Part shown: positions 17,503 through 26,708 of the stretch, piece after piece
Layout of the letters: each line of letters begins with the position of its first letter
Position numbering within the stretch: position 1 is the stretch's first letter
From: Bacillota bacterium
Lineage (GTDB): Bacteria > Bacillota > Dethiobacteria > DTU022
Length of the DNA: 64,000 nt
NCBI GenBank assembly: GCA_029552125.1
Contig: JAKPEE010000091.1
Coordinates: forward strand, 259-64,258
Direction of reading: 5' to 3'
Position numbers and translations under genes: made by a program
The notes under the pieces: generated by a model
Told to the model about the DNA's origin: nothing
Seen by the model: the letters and a program-made list of their open reading frames with translations, nothing else
Databases searched by the model: none

Positions 17503-18489
17503 ATTCACATTAAGCTGAGAGTATGGGCTGAATTTATTACCCCGGAAGAACTGTGCAAACCGGCGGTGCTCTCCCTTCTTGCCCGCTACCGGGTCCAGCC
17601 CTGCCTCGCTGTGCCCTATGGGCGCCTCGGGGCCGGTTACGCCCGCTACCTGTACCGTTACGGCGAAGCGGGATTGGAGCCGGCCCTGTGGCCGACACTG
17701 CCCGACAGCCTTGGCTACTGGCCCCATGAAGGGAATGCGCCGGAATTTTCAGACTATGTGCGTGAAATTTTTCAATGGGCCCGGAATGAAAAGGTAGAGG
17801 TGCCGTGGCTGGCCGTTGACCTGGAAACACCCTATTATCAATGGCAGGATATCAACCGCGCCCATGGGGCTAAAAAAGTTTCCCTTACTTTACGGCACTA
17901 CTGGAATAACCGCAACCGGCTCCGTTTCGCCGAAGCGGCGAAAACTTACAGCGCCCTGCAGCAGTTTCTCCGGGAACAGGGCTGCCGCACCCTGGTCCCG
18001 GTGCTGCCCCTTTTGGAACTGGACCTGCTCAAGGGAGGCGTCAAACTGCAGGACTACCTGGAAACCCCGGTGACGCCGGTGCCTTGGGATGTGATTTCGG
18101 TGATGCAATACAATTCCATGTTCATCGGTTATTCCCGGGGGCTGATCAAGCCGGCGGACGCCCGCTGGCATCTCTACATGCTCTGCCTCAATGCCCGCCG
18201 GGTTCTGGGCGAGCGGGCTTCCATTTCTCTCGGGACTACCTCCACCGGCAAACTGGGCAATGAGCCTTACTACGCCAGCCCCGCCGAGATGCTCCCTGAC
18301 GTGGAAGCGGCTCTGGCCGCAGGGATTACCGATATTGCTGTTTTTTGCCTGGAAGGGATCCTCAAGGCGCCGCAGCCTGAAGCCTGGTTTGAGATGATTT
18401 GCAGCGCCTCTCCGGTCGTGCCGCGCCGTTCCCGAAAGATGGACCTGGCCCGCGCCGCGGCCCGCCTGGGTTATTTTTTGCTGCCTTAA
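17503..18489 (+). CDS. Hypothetical protein (about 328 aa); start codon uncertain
   Basis: The open frame continues from inside the upstream gene. There is no in-frame ATG/GTG/TTG between the upstream stop (17483) and aa ~250. An AAAGGGGG RBS at 17495-17502 suggests an ATT (17503/17509) or CTG (17515) start. Confidence 0.45.
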   Translation: MHIKLRVWAEFITPEELCKPAVLSLLARYRVQPCLAVPYGRLGAGYARYLYRYGEAGLEPALWPTLPDSLGYWPHEGNAPEFSDYVREIFQWARNEKVEVPWLAVDLETPYYQWQDINRAHGAKKVSLTLRHYWNNRNRLRFAEAAKTYSALQQFLREQGCRTLVPVLPLLELDLLKGGVKLQDYLETPVTPVPWDVISVMQYNSMFIGYSRGLIKPADARWHLYMLCLNARRVLGERASISLGTTSTGKLGNEPYYASPAEMLPDVEAALAAGITDIAVFCLEGILKAPQPEAWFEMICSASPVVPRRSRKMDLARAAARLGYFLLP

Positions 18490-18493
18490 AAAT

Positions 18494-18620
18494 TCAAGCT
18501 AGGGACGGTTCTTGACTTGAATTATATTTTACATCCCTGATGGCATGATCGCGGCCCGGCCCGGTATGTTTAACCAAAGGTTGTGTTTAACAGTCAAGTC
18601 AAGAACCGTCCCTAGCTTGA
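18494..18620. repeat. Palindromic ~125-bp element, copy 1 (27-bp perfect inverted arms, 73-nt loop)
   Basis: tcaagctagggacggttcttgacttga (18494-18520) is the exact reverse complement of 18594-18620. The element fills the intergenic gap and ends 3 nt before the RBS of the next gene. Confidence 0.9.
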
Positions 18621-18639
18621 CTGAGGAGGAACGTTTATA

Positions 18640-19776
18640 TTGTACGCCGATATTGTCATTATCGGGGCCGGCGTGGTGGGCCTGGCCGTGGCGGCGGAGC
18701 TGGTCCAAAAGGGCAAAAAATGCTCTATAGTGGTTATGGAGCGCCATGAGCGTTTCGGCCGCGAGACTTCCAGCCGCAATAGCGAGGTCATCCACGCCGG
18801 GATTTACTATCCCGAAGACAGCCTCAAGGCTGCGCTCTGCGTGGAAGGCAACCGGCTGCTCTACCAGTACGCCAGGCAGTGGGAGATCCCGCACCGCCGC
18901 CTGGGCAAGCTGATCGTGGCCTACAACGATAGCGGTGTGGGCGCGCTGCTCCGCCTCCGGGAGCAGGCCCGGCGGAATGGGGTTGCGGGCCTCGAACTGC
19001 TGGATGAAAAGCAAATCTCCCGCCTGGAACCCCATGTCCGGGCGCAGGCGGCGCTGTGGTCTCCCACTTCAGGGATCATTGATTCCCACCGCCTCATGGC
19101 CTGCCTGGAGCGCCAGGCTATTGCGGCCGGCGCCCTCATCGCTTACCAGCATACTGTAACCGGGCTGGATTACAGCGGCGGCGGCTACCGGGTTTACTTC
19201 ACCAACCCGGACGGGAGCACGGACAACCTGGCTTGCGCCCGGGTGATCAACTGCGCCGGCCTCCAGGCAGAACATATCGCTGCCCTGGCCGGGATTGATA
19301 CGGCAGCAGCCGGATACCGGATCTACATGTGCAAGGGCGAATATTTCAGCCTGCCGGGGGCCAAGGGCAAGCTGGTCAGCCGGTTAATCTATCCGCCCCC
19401 GCTGGATGAACTGGAGGGCCTGGGTGTACACCTGACTTTATCCCTGGACGGCCGGGCGCGGCTCGGCCCCAACACTATTTATGTCTCACAGGAGGATTAC
19501 AGCGTGGACGCTGTCCATGCCCGCCAGTTTTACCACGCTGCCAGGGAATTTTTGCCCTTCCTGGCGCCGGAGGACCTGGAACCGGAGATGGCCGGCATTC
19601 GACCCAAGCTGCAGGGCCCCGGCGAGCCGTTCCGCGACTTCATCATCCGGGAGGAGTCAGATCGCGGCCTCCCGGGGCTAGTCAACCTCATTGGCATTGA
19701 ATCTCCCGGTTTAACCTGCTGCCTCAGCATTGCCCGCATGGTGCGCCGGCTAGGGACGGTTCTTGACTTGAATTAG
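18640..19776 (+). CDS. FAD-dependent oxidoreductase, L-2-hydroxyglutarate oxidase/dehydrogenase (LhgO)-like
   Basis: TTG start 9 nt after a GAGGAGGA RBS. The dinucleotide fold IVIIGAGVVGLAVA and the block NSEVIHAGIYYP are typical of the LhgO/YgaF family. The last 9 codons are encoded by repeat copy 2. Confidence 0.75.
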   Translation: MYADIVIIGAGVVGLAVAAELVQKGKKCSIVVMERHERFGRETSSRNSEVIHAGIYYPEDSLKAALCVEGNRLLYQYARQWEIPHRRLGKLIVAYNDSGVGALLRLREQARRNGVAGLELLDEKQISRLEPHVRAQAALWSPTSGIIDSHRLMACLERQAIAAGALIAYQHTVTGLDYSGGGYRVYFTNPDGSTDNLACARVINCAGLQAEHIAALAGIDTAAAGYRIYMCKGEYFSLPGAKGKLVSRLIYPPPLDELEGLGVHLTLSLDGRARLGPNTIYVSQEDYSVDAVHARQFYHAAREFLPFLAPEDLEPEMAGIRPKLQGPGEPFRDFIIREESDRGLPGLVNLIGIESPGLTCCLSIARMVRRLGTVLDLN

Positions 19777-19870
19777 AATTTACATTCCCCGTGGCATGAT
19801 CGCGGCCCGGCCCGGTATGTTTAACCAAAGATTGTGTTTAACAATCAAGTCAAGAACCGTCCCCACTTGA
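19749..19870. repeat. Palindromic ~125-bp element, copy 2 (direct repeat of 18494-18620)
   Basis: It is colinear with copy 1, including the loop (ggcatgatcgcggcccggcccggtatgtttaaccaaag identical), with scattered substitutions. The outer end of the right arm is degenerate (ccccac versus ccctag). Confidence 0.9.
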
Positions 19871-19962
19871 ATCGTTTATAGCATAACTCTCATGGTTATA
19901 GAGAAAATAAAATGAAACCTTCTTTTCGGTTACAACAAGGTTACTTGAAAGGGGTTTTAACT

Positions 19963-21948
19963 ATGAGTGTTATGCCCACCGTAGAAAAAGAGAAGCGCAC
20001 GGCAGCAGGCACAGCCAAACGTTTTAAGCACCTGCTTTCCCCGGGTAAGATTGGAAACATGGAGATACGCAACCGCATGGTTATGCCGCCCATGGGCACC
20101 AATTACGCCGACGACGAAGGCTTTGTCACCGAGCGCCTGGCCCGCTACTATGAGGCCAGATCAGAAGGGGGCGCCGGCCTGATTATTGTCGAGGTGGCCG
20201 CCGTAGCTCCCGAAGGAAAGGCCATTATCAACCAGATCGGCATCTGGGCGGACAAATTTATTCCCGGTCTCCGCTACCTGGCCGGTAAGATTAAAAAACA
20301 CGGGGCCCGGGCGGCGATCCAGTTGCACCATGCCGGGCGCCAGACCACCTGGCGCAATACCGGCTACCAGCCCGTGGCGCCGTCGGCGCTGCCCTGCCCG
20401 GTCTGCCAGGACGCGCCCCGGGAGCTTTCCGTGGATGAGATCAAAGGAATTGTTGAAGCCTTTGGACATGCCGCCCGCCGGGCCCGCGAAGCCGGATTCG
20501 ATGCGGTGGAGCTGCACGGCACCCACGGCTACCTGATTAACCAGTTCCTCTCGCCGTACAGCAACAAGCGCACCGACGAGTACGGCGGCGACCGGGAAAG
20601 GCGGATGCGTTTCCCCCTGGAGGTGCTGCGGGCGGTGCGCCGGGCTGTGGGTGAAGATTTCCCGGTAATCTTCCGCATCAATGCCAATGAATACGTTGAA
20701 GGCGGCATTACCCCGGAAGAAGGAAAGGATTTTGCCCTGCGCCTGGAGCGAGAGGGAGTGGAAGCGCTGCATGTTTCCGCCGGCGTCTACGGGTCGCCGG
20801 CACCCATGGTGGCCACCATGTCCACCCCGGATACTCCCCTGGCGGATTACGCCGCGGCGATCAAAGAAGTAACCTCTATCCCGGTGATCGCCGTGGGCAA
20901 ATTCCACGATCCCGAGCAGGGAGAGGCGGCCCTGGAGAGCGGCATGGCCGATTTTATCGCCATCGGCCGCGGCATGATTACTGACTCCCACTTTGCCAAA
21001 AAGGTGGAATTAGGGCAGATTGAGAACATCCGCAAGTGCATTCAATGCAACCAGAAATGCATTGACCCTCTGTTGGCTTACGGTAAGCCGGTGAGCTGTA
21101 TCTATAATGCCAGGGTGGGGAAAGAAGTTGACTTTCCCTTTGAAAAGGCGGCGCGCAGCAAAAAGGTTGTTGTCGTCGGCGCCGGCCCGGCAGGCCTGGA
21201 GGCAGCCCGGGTGGCCCGGGAAAGAGGGCACCGCGTCATCCTCTTCGAGCAGGCCGGGGAGACGGGCGGCCAGGGCCGGCTGGCCATGGCGGCGCCGAAA
21301 AAAGACCGTTTCGGTGAAATCCTGCGCTACCTGCGGCAACGTACTGAAGCGCTGGGCGTGGAGTTAAGGTTGAACAGCACTGCCGATGCTGAAACGGTGC
21401 TTAAAGAAAAGCCCGATGCCGTGATCCTGGCCACCGGCGCCCGCCCGCTGATCCCGGAGATACCCGTGATCAAGGGGCAAAACATTCCCACCGCCTGGGA
21501 GGTGCTGGAGGGTAAAGTGAAACCCGGCAAACGGGTGGCCATTATCGGGGGAGGGCTGACCGGATGTGAAACGGCGGAATTCCTGGCGGAAAAGGGCCAC
21601 CAGGTGACTGTCCTGGAAATGGCCGATGAGCCGGCCCGCGACCAGAGCTTCACCATGCGTAATGAGCTGCTTTCGCGCCTGGAGCGGAATCCGGCCGTGG
21701 AGATTAAAACCGGGGCCACGGTGACCTCTGTAAACGGCCGCACGGTCAATTTCCGCAGCGGGGAAGGCGAGCAATCGCTGCAGGATGTGGACACGGTTAT
21801 TCTGGCCGCCGGTTCCGTAGCCTACAATCCCCTGGAGGGAGAGTTAAAGAAGCACCTGGAAGAGGTCTATGCCGTAGGCGACTGCGACCGTCCCCGCAAC
21901 GCCGGCGAGGCCATTCACGAAGCGTTCATCGTGGCCTACCGGATTTAG
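19963..21948 (+). CDS. Old-Yellow-Enzyme-family NADH:flavin oxidoreductase fused to an FAD/NAD(P)-binding domain (2,4-dienoyl-CoA reductase-like)
   Basis: OYE N-terminus (RNRMVMPPMGT, HGTHGYLINQFLSP). Cys cluster CIQCNQKC...C. C-terminal Rossmann motifs VVVVGAGPAG and IIGGGLTGCE. ATG 19963 follows a GAAAGGGG RBS. Confidence 0.85.
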   Translation: MSVMPTVEKEKRTAAGTAKRFKHLLSPGKIGNMEIRNRMVMPPMGTNYADDEGFVTERLARYYEARSEGGAGLIIVEVAAVAPEGKAIINQIGIWADKFIPGLRYLAGKIKKHGARAAIQLHHAGRQTTWRNTGYQPVAPSALPCPVCQDAPRELSVDEIKGIVEAFGHAARRAREAGFDAVELHGTHGYLINQFLSPYSNKRTDEYGGDRERRMRFPLEVLRAVRRAVGEDFPVIFRINANEYVEGGITPEEGKDFALRLEREGVEALHVSAGVYGSPAPMVATMSTPDTPLADYAAAIKEVTSIPVIAVGKFHDPEQGEAALESGMADFIAIGRGMITDSHFAKKVELGQIENIRKCIQCNQKCIDPLLAYGKPVSCIYNARVGKEVDFPFEKAARSKKVVVVGAGPAGLEAARVARERGHRVILFEQAGETGGQGRLAMAAPKKDRFGEILRYLRQRTEALGVELRLNSTADAETVLKEKPDAVILATGARPLIPEIPVIKGQNIPTAWEVLEGKVKPGKRVAIIGGGLTGCETAEFLAEKGHQVTVLEMADEPARDQSFTMRNELLSRLERNPAVEIKTGATVTSVNGRTVNFRSGEGEQSLQDVDTVILAAGSVAYNPLEGELKKHLEEVYAVGDCDRPRNAGEAIHEAFIVAYRI

Positions 21949-22222
21949 AAAAGTGGCGGTGCCTTGCTCCGGGGTTATTGGTGCGGCAAGCACAGGTTTG
22001 GCTTAAAAATGGGGGTAGTCCTGCCAGCGCAGGGCTGCCCCCTGTCTTTTCCCCGTAAGGGCTCAGGCTGCTTTTTGGCCCGGCCGGATAAGCAAACTCG
22101 TATCCCGGCCCGGCCTGGTTCTTCTTACGGCGTGGCCGGGGGGCCGGCCTGATCATCAGAGCCGGCGCCAAATTGGGCGTTCCGTTTCAGGCTTGCCCGC
22201 CGGGAGCCGCAGCCGGCGCCTT

Positions 22223-22251
22223 TTGACGAAAAAAGGGGCGGGCAGTATAAT
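22223..22251 (+). promoter_or_regulatory. Sigma-70/SigA-type promoter
   Basis: TTGACG (22223-22228), a 17-nt spacer, then TATAAT (22246-22251), about 30-40 nt upstream of the ABC-F gene. Confidence 0.7.
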
Positions 22252-22290
22252 GTTTAAGTGGAAGACCGGAGAAAGAGAGTGTCCCCGGAT

Positions 22291-24231
22291 ATGTCCCAGT
22301 TAAGCTTAGACAGAGTGAGCGTTTCTTTCGGAGGCCAGCCCGTTTTAACGAACCTTTCCCTGCAACTGCAACGGGGAGAAAAGGCGGGCTTAATCGGGCC
22401 CAACGGATCGGGCAAGACGACACTTTTGCGCATTATCTCCGGCGAACTGGAACCGGACAGCGGCACTGTCTCCCTGGCCCGGGGCACCACCGTAGGCTAC
22501 CTGCCCCAGGAGCTAAACTGGCATGCCGGGGGCACTTTGCGCGCCTACCTGGAGCAGGCCCTGCGCGACCTGTTTTGGTTAAAAGAAGAAATGACCCGGC
22601 TGGAACATGTTATTGCCGCTGCTGCCGGGAAGGCGGAGGCGGAGGAGTTGGAAGCCCTCCTGCAAAAATACGGGCAGGCGGCGGCCCAATTTGAAACCGC
22701 AGAAGGCTACAGTGCCGCCAGCAGGATCCAATCGGTGGCGCTGGGGCTTGGTTTTAAAGAATCCGATCTGGAGCGGGATCTGCTTAAGTTCAGCGGCGGG
22801 GAGAAAACCAGGGCGCGGCTGGCGGCGCTGCTGCTGCAGCAGCCGGAACTGCTGCTGCTGGACGAGCCCACCAATTTTCTCGATATGGAGGGAGTGGAAT
22901 GGCTGGAGCGCTATTTGCGCGATTCAACCGGCTCCCTGGTGGTAGTCTCCCATGATCGCTACTTTATCGACAAGGTTGCCGGGCGCATCTTTTCTTTGCA
23001 GGAGGGCTCCGTAAAAAGCTACCGGGGCAATTACAGCGCCTACCTGGTGCAGCGCGAGCAGGAGCAGGAAGCAGCGGAAAGGGCTTACCGGAAGAGACAG
23101 GCTCTCCTTGAACGGGAAGAGAGGCTGATCCGGGAAGCAAAGATCGACGAGCGCTCCAAGCGGCAAGCCCGCAGCCGGCAGAAGCGCCTGGAGAAGCTGG
23201 AAGCGGTGGAGCGTCCCGTAGAAAACCGGAGCTTCACCCCGGGCTTCGATTTCAGCGGCCGCGGCAGCCGCCGCGTCATCCGCTTTGAAGGCGTCAGTAA
23301 AGCATACGGCCACAGGGTGCTGTTTAGTGATCTTTCCTTTGAAATAAACTGGGGCGACCGGGTTGCCCTGGTGGGACCGAACGGCGCCGGCAAATCAACC
23401 CTGCTCAAGCTCATTGCCGCGGTGGAGAAGCCGGACAGTGGCCGGATCAGCCTGGGCCCGTCCGTCAATGTAACTTACTTTTCCCAGGAGCAGGAGCAGC
23501 TTCACCCGGAGCGCACGCTCCTTGATGAGATCATTTCTTCTTCGGATCTGGATATCAGGCAGGCCCGCAACCACCTCGGGGCTTACCTCTTTCGGGGTGA
23601 TGCCGTCTTTAAAAAAGTTAAAGACTTAAGCGGCGGGGAAAAGTGCCGCCTGGCCCTGGCCCGCCTGGCTCTAAGCGAAGGCAATTGCCTGCTCATGGAT
23701 GAGCCCACCAGCCACCTTGATCTCCCCGCCATAGAGGAGCTGGAGAAGGCCCTGCAAAACTACCCGGGCACGTTGATCATCGTCTCCCATGACCGCTTTT
23801 TTCTGCAGAATCTGGTCAACCGGGTCATGGAGTTGAGCCAAAGCGGTCTTCGAATTTTTAATGGCAGCTTCCAATATTACCAGGAGCAGCGGGAGAACAG
23901 CGGCACATCGCCGGGACTCTCCGGAAAGGTGGAAGAGGCCAGGGATGAGCTGAAGCAAAAACGGCGCGAAGAGTACCGGCGGCGCCTGGAACGGCAGCGC
24001 CGGGAGAGGCGCCTGCAAGAGGAGCAGGCCCGGCTGGAAGATAGCATTACCGCCGTGGAAAGAAATATCGCCCGGCTGGAGAAGACCCTGGCCAGCCCTG
24101 AGCATTATGGGGATTACAGCAGTTTGCTTGAACTGAACAGCCGCCTGGAAGAAGAGAAGGAAAGGCTGGCCGCCTACCTCGCCCGCTGGGAAGAAATCAG
24201 CCTGCAGTTGGAACAGATTGCCCCGGAGTAA
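22291..24231 (+). CDS. ABC-F family ATPase (two ABC domains, no TMD, C-terminal coiled coil)
   Basis: Two Walker A motifs (GPNGSGKTT, GPNGAGKST), two signature motifs (FSGGEKTR, LSGGEKCR) and an Arg/Glu-rich inter-domain linker. The start is ATG 22291 or GTG 22279. Confidence 0.85.
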   Translation: MSQLSLDRVSVSFGGQPVLTNLSLQLQRGEKAGLIGPNGSGKTTLLRIISGELEPDSGTVSLARGTTVGYLPQELNWHAGGTLRAYLEQALRDLFWLKEEMTRLEHVIAAAAGKAEAEELEALLQKYGQAAAQFETAEGYSAASRIQSVALGLGFKESDLERDLLKFSGGEKTRARLAALLLQQPELLLLDEPTNFLDMEGVEWLERYLRDSTGSLVVVSHDRYFIDKVAGRIFSLQEGSVKSYRGNYSAYLVQREQEQEAAERAYRKRQALLEREERLIREAKIDERSKRQARSRQKRLEKLEAVERPVENRSFTPGFDFSGRGSRRVIRFEGVSKAYGHRVLFSDLSFEINWGDRVALVGPNGAGKSTLLKLIAAVEKPDSGRISLGPSVNVTYFSQEQEQLHPERTLLDEIISSSDLDIRQARNHLGAYLFRGDAVFKKVKDLSGGEKCRLALARLALSEGNCLLMDEPTSHLDLPAIEELEKALQNYPGTLIIVSHDRFFLQNLVNRVMELSQSGLRIFNGSFQYYQEQRENSGTSPGLSGKVEEARDELKQKRREEYRRRLERQRRERRLQEEQARLEDSITAVERNIARLEKTLASPEHYGDYSSLLELNSRLEEEKERLAAYLARWEEISLQLEQIAPE

Positions 24232-24455
24232 CCAGCTCACTGCCCCATCACGGCTATTCGCCGTGCCCTGGCCCCGGCCGCCTAACCGCAGAAGCCGCTG
24301 CTGCGGCCGGAGTAAACCGCGCCTGCCGGCACCGTGCCCACAAATCTTCCAACCACCTTCTCAATCTACATTTAAGTGGAAAACTTTTCTGGTTACCGCT
24401 TATTTTTACAGGTCTTTTTCCATTACTGCCCAAAAATGGATGAAATAAAATAGCG

Positions 24456-24484
24456 TTGACAAAAATTTGTTAAAAATATACAAT
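24456..24484 (+). promoter_or_regulatory. Sigma-70/SigA-type promoter
   Basis: TTGACA (24456-24461), a 17-nt spacer, then TACAAT (24479-24484). It is followed by a GAGGTGA RBS and ATG 24523. Confidence 0.7.
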
Positions 24485-24522
24485 CAATTTAGACAATTTA
24501 ACGTTGAGCGAGGTGAAGCTGT

Positions 24523-25953
24523 ATGGGTATCTGTAGCGCCGGCGAATACAAGGAGCGCATGTACCGGATGAGAAAAAACATATACATGGGAGGCGAACTG
24601 CTGGGGAGAGACGATCCCCGCCTAAAGCCCGGCCTGGATTTGATTGCCGATACCTTTGAAAGGGTAAACGATCCCGCTTTAAAAGGGCTAATCACCGCCA
24701 CTTCTCACCTGACCGGTGAAGAGATCCACCGCCTCAATCATATTCACCAGAACCCAGATGATCTTTTAAAGAAACAGGAATGCACCCGGGTGATGTGCCA
24801 GAAAGTGGGAGGGTGCATCCAGCGCTGCATGGGCATCGATGCTTTGAATGCCCTATCCGTGGTCACTAAAGACTGCGATGATGCTTTTGGCACCGAATAT
24901 TATCCCCGCTTTGTCGAGTTCATGAAAAATTTCCAGAAGAACGATCTGGTGGGCAATTGCGCCCAGTCGGACGTCAAGGGCGATCGCGCCAGGCGGCCTT
25001 TTGAGCAAAGCGACCCCGATCTATACCTGCGGGTCATTGAAAAAAAGAAAGACGGGATCGTGGTCCGCGGCTGTAAAGCCCATAACTCCAACGCGCCATT
25101 CTGCGACGAGATTGTGGTGGTGCCGACCCGGCTGATGACGGATAAGGACGCAGACTGGTCCGTGGCTTTCGCCATCCCTGCCGACACTCCCGGGGTAAAG
25201 CAGGTAGTCCGGCTGACCACTACCCGGCCGCGCAAGTACCTTCACAGCCGCTACTTTTTTGGGCTGGCCGACTCCATGACTATCTTCGATGACGTTTTTG
25301 TTCCCTGGGAGCGGGTTTTTCTTTGCGGCGAGTACTATTTCGCCAGCATTCTGGCCATGCTTTTCGCCACCTATCACCGCCACAGTTACACCGGCTGCAA
25401 GCCGGCTATTACCGACCTGATTCTGGGCGCATCGGCCCTGGTGGCCGAATACAACGGGGTCGGCGACGCCTCGCACGTCAAGGATAAACTGGCTGATCTT
25501 ATCGCCGTGGGAGAACTTGTTTACGCCGCAGGGATCGCCGCCTCGGTTAAATCGACCCCGGCCAATTCGGGAACCTATATTCCCAATATTATTTACACCA
25601 ACGTGGGGCGGTACCATGCCGGGGTTAAGCTCTACCACGAATTCGAGACCCTGGCCGACCTGGCGGGCGGCCTGCCGGCTACACTGCCCTATGAAGAAGA
25701 TTTCTTTAACCCGGAGATAAAAGACCTCCTGGAGAAATATATGATGCGCAAAGACGGTATCTCTGCGGAGAATCAGCACCGCCTTTTCCGCAGCTTATCC
25801 GACATGCTCTGTTCGGCTACGGCGGGCGTGGCTCTGGTGGGTGGGCTGCACGGCGGAGGATCGCCGATAATGGAGAAGATTGCCATTCGCAATACTTACG
25901 ATATTGACGCCAGAAAGCGTATGGTCAAGAGGCTGTGCGCTATCGAAGACTGA
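24523..25953 (+). CDS. 4-hydroxybutyryl-CoA dehydratase/vinylacetyl-CoA isomerase (AbfD)-like, HpaB-fold family
   Basis: 476 aa. It is colinear by eye with my recollection of Clostridium aminobutyricum AbfD (DPDLYLRVIEKKKDGIVVRGCKAHNS; VFVPWERVFLC). Candidate [4Fe-4S] ligands are conserved (GGCIQRCMG; YHRHSYTGCK). Confidence 0.8.
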   Translation: MGICSAGEYKERMYRMRKNIYMGGELLGRDDPRLKPGLDLIADTFERVNDPALKGLITATSHLTGEEIHRLNHIHQNPDDLLKKQECTRVMCQKVGGCIQRCMGIDALNALSVVTKDCDDAFGTEYYPRFVEFMKNFQKNDLVGNCAQSDVKGDRARRPFEQSDPDLYLRVIEKKKDGIVVRGCKAHNSNAPFCDEIVVVPTRLMTDKDADWSVAFAIPADTPGVKQVVRLTTTRPRKYLHSRYFFGLADSMTIFDDVFVPWERVFLCGEYYFASILAMLFATYHRHSYTGCKPAITDLILGASALVAEYNGVGDASHVKDKLADLIAVGELVYAAGIAASVKSTPANSGTYIPNIIYTNVGRYHAGVKLYHEFETLADLAGGLPATLPYEEDFFNPEIKDLLEKYMMRKDGISAENQHRLFRSLSDMLCSATAGVALVGGLHGGGSPIMEKIAIRNTYDIDARKRMVKRLCAIED

Positions 25954-25985
25954 CCTCTTAACCATTTTCACGTACCACCAGCAAG

Positions 25986-26020
25986 ACGGCAGGGGTGAGG
26001 CTTTCATTTCCTGCCGTTTG
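25986..26020 (+). terminator. Possible terminator hairpin
   Basis: 8-bp stem acggcagg (25986-25993) / cctgccgt (26010-26017) with a 16-nt loop. Only a short TTTG follows. Confidence 0.35.
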
Positions 26021-26208
26021 CCCTGCCAGGGGCCGCGTGGCTGATCCGCTACATGAGTGTATAATTTTTCACTCTGCAAATTTACCACGGCAAATAAAAG
26101 TTCAATCCTCTTTGCAGTATTAAGCCGTATCACTCAGGCATATATTTTCTGAACGAAGAATAATACTGTACAAAATATGGATTCATAAAAGGGGAGGTTT
26201 TGCCAGTG

Positions 26209-26682
26209 ATGAAAAGAATAAGGGTCTTGCTTCTGTTAATGTATGCCCTGCCGGCGGCGGTTTTCGGAATTATCTCTACCGGCTGCAGCCAGGAAAAAGA
26301 TGTAAAGGCAATTGTTAAGATCCAGGAAGAGCCGGCCCCTGCCGTTGCGGAGAGCGAAGCCATAGCAGAAGCCCTGGAGGAAATGAGTAAAGAAGAGTTA
26401 ATCGAAGAGATGAATCGGCTGGAATCCATGGTGCAGGTACAGAAAAATGATTTTGGCCACGTATTGCAAAATTTGGAAGGTGTGGTTGCCGATAATGTTT
26501 ATCAAAGTCTCTCTTCCGAACACGACCGGTATCAAAGCGAGCTCTCCACGATCTGGCAAAAATGGTCCGATCATATGGAGAAAGAGGAAGCAGAATACCT
26601 GGCCGGTTTTGTTATCGCCTACCGCCTTCTGGTAGAGGAGTACGCCGATTTTATTGCCGAAGCCAGGTCTTTAGTCCCTTGA
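26209..26682 (+). CDS. Lipoprotein, hypothetical
   Basis: Signal peptide with a lipobox (IISTGC). An AAAGGGGAGG RBS is present. The start is ATG 26209 or GTG 26206. Confidence 0.6.
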   Translation: MKRIRVLLLLMYALPAAVFGIISTGCSQEKDVKAIVKIQEEPAPAVAESEAIAEALEEMSKEELIEEMNRLESMVQVQKNDFGHVLQNLEGVVADNVYQSLSSEHDRYQSELSTIWQKWSDHMEKEEAEYLAGFVIAYRLLVEEYADFIAEARSLVP

Positions 26683-26708
26683 AGCAGCGATGCGTCCGGC
26701 AACAGCCC

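Noticed and set aside
21949-22222. GC-rich repeats (ggcccggcc occurring twice; ggccgg-gggg-ccggcc) after the OYE-like gene, considered as a terminator or REP element
   Set aside because: The stems are short (about 6 bp), no U-tract follows, and the repeated 9-mer is direct rather than inverted. The evidence is insufficient for a feature call.
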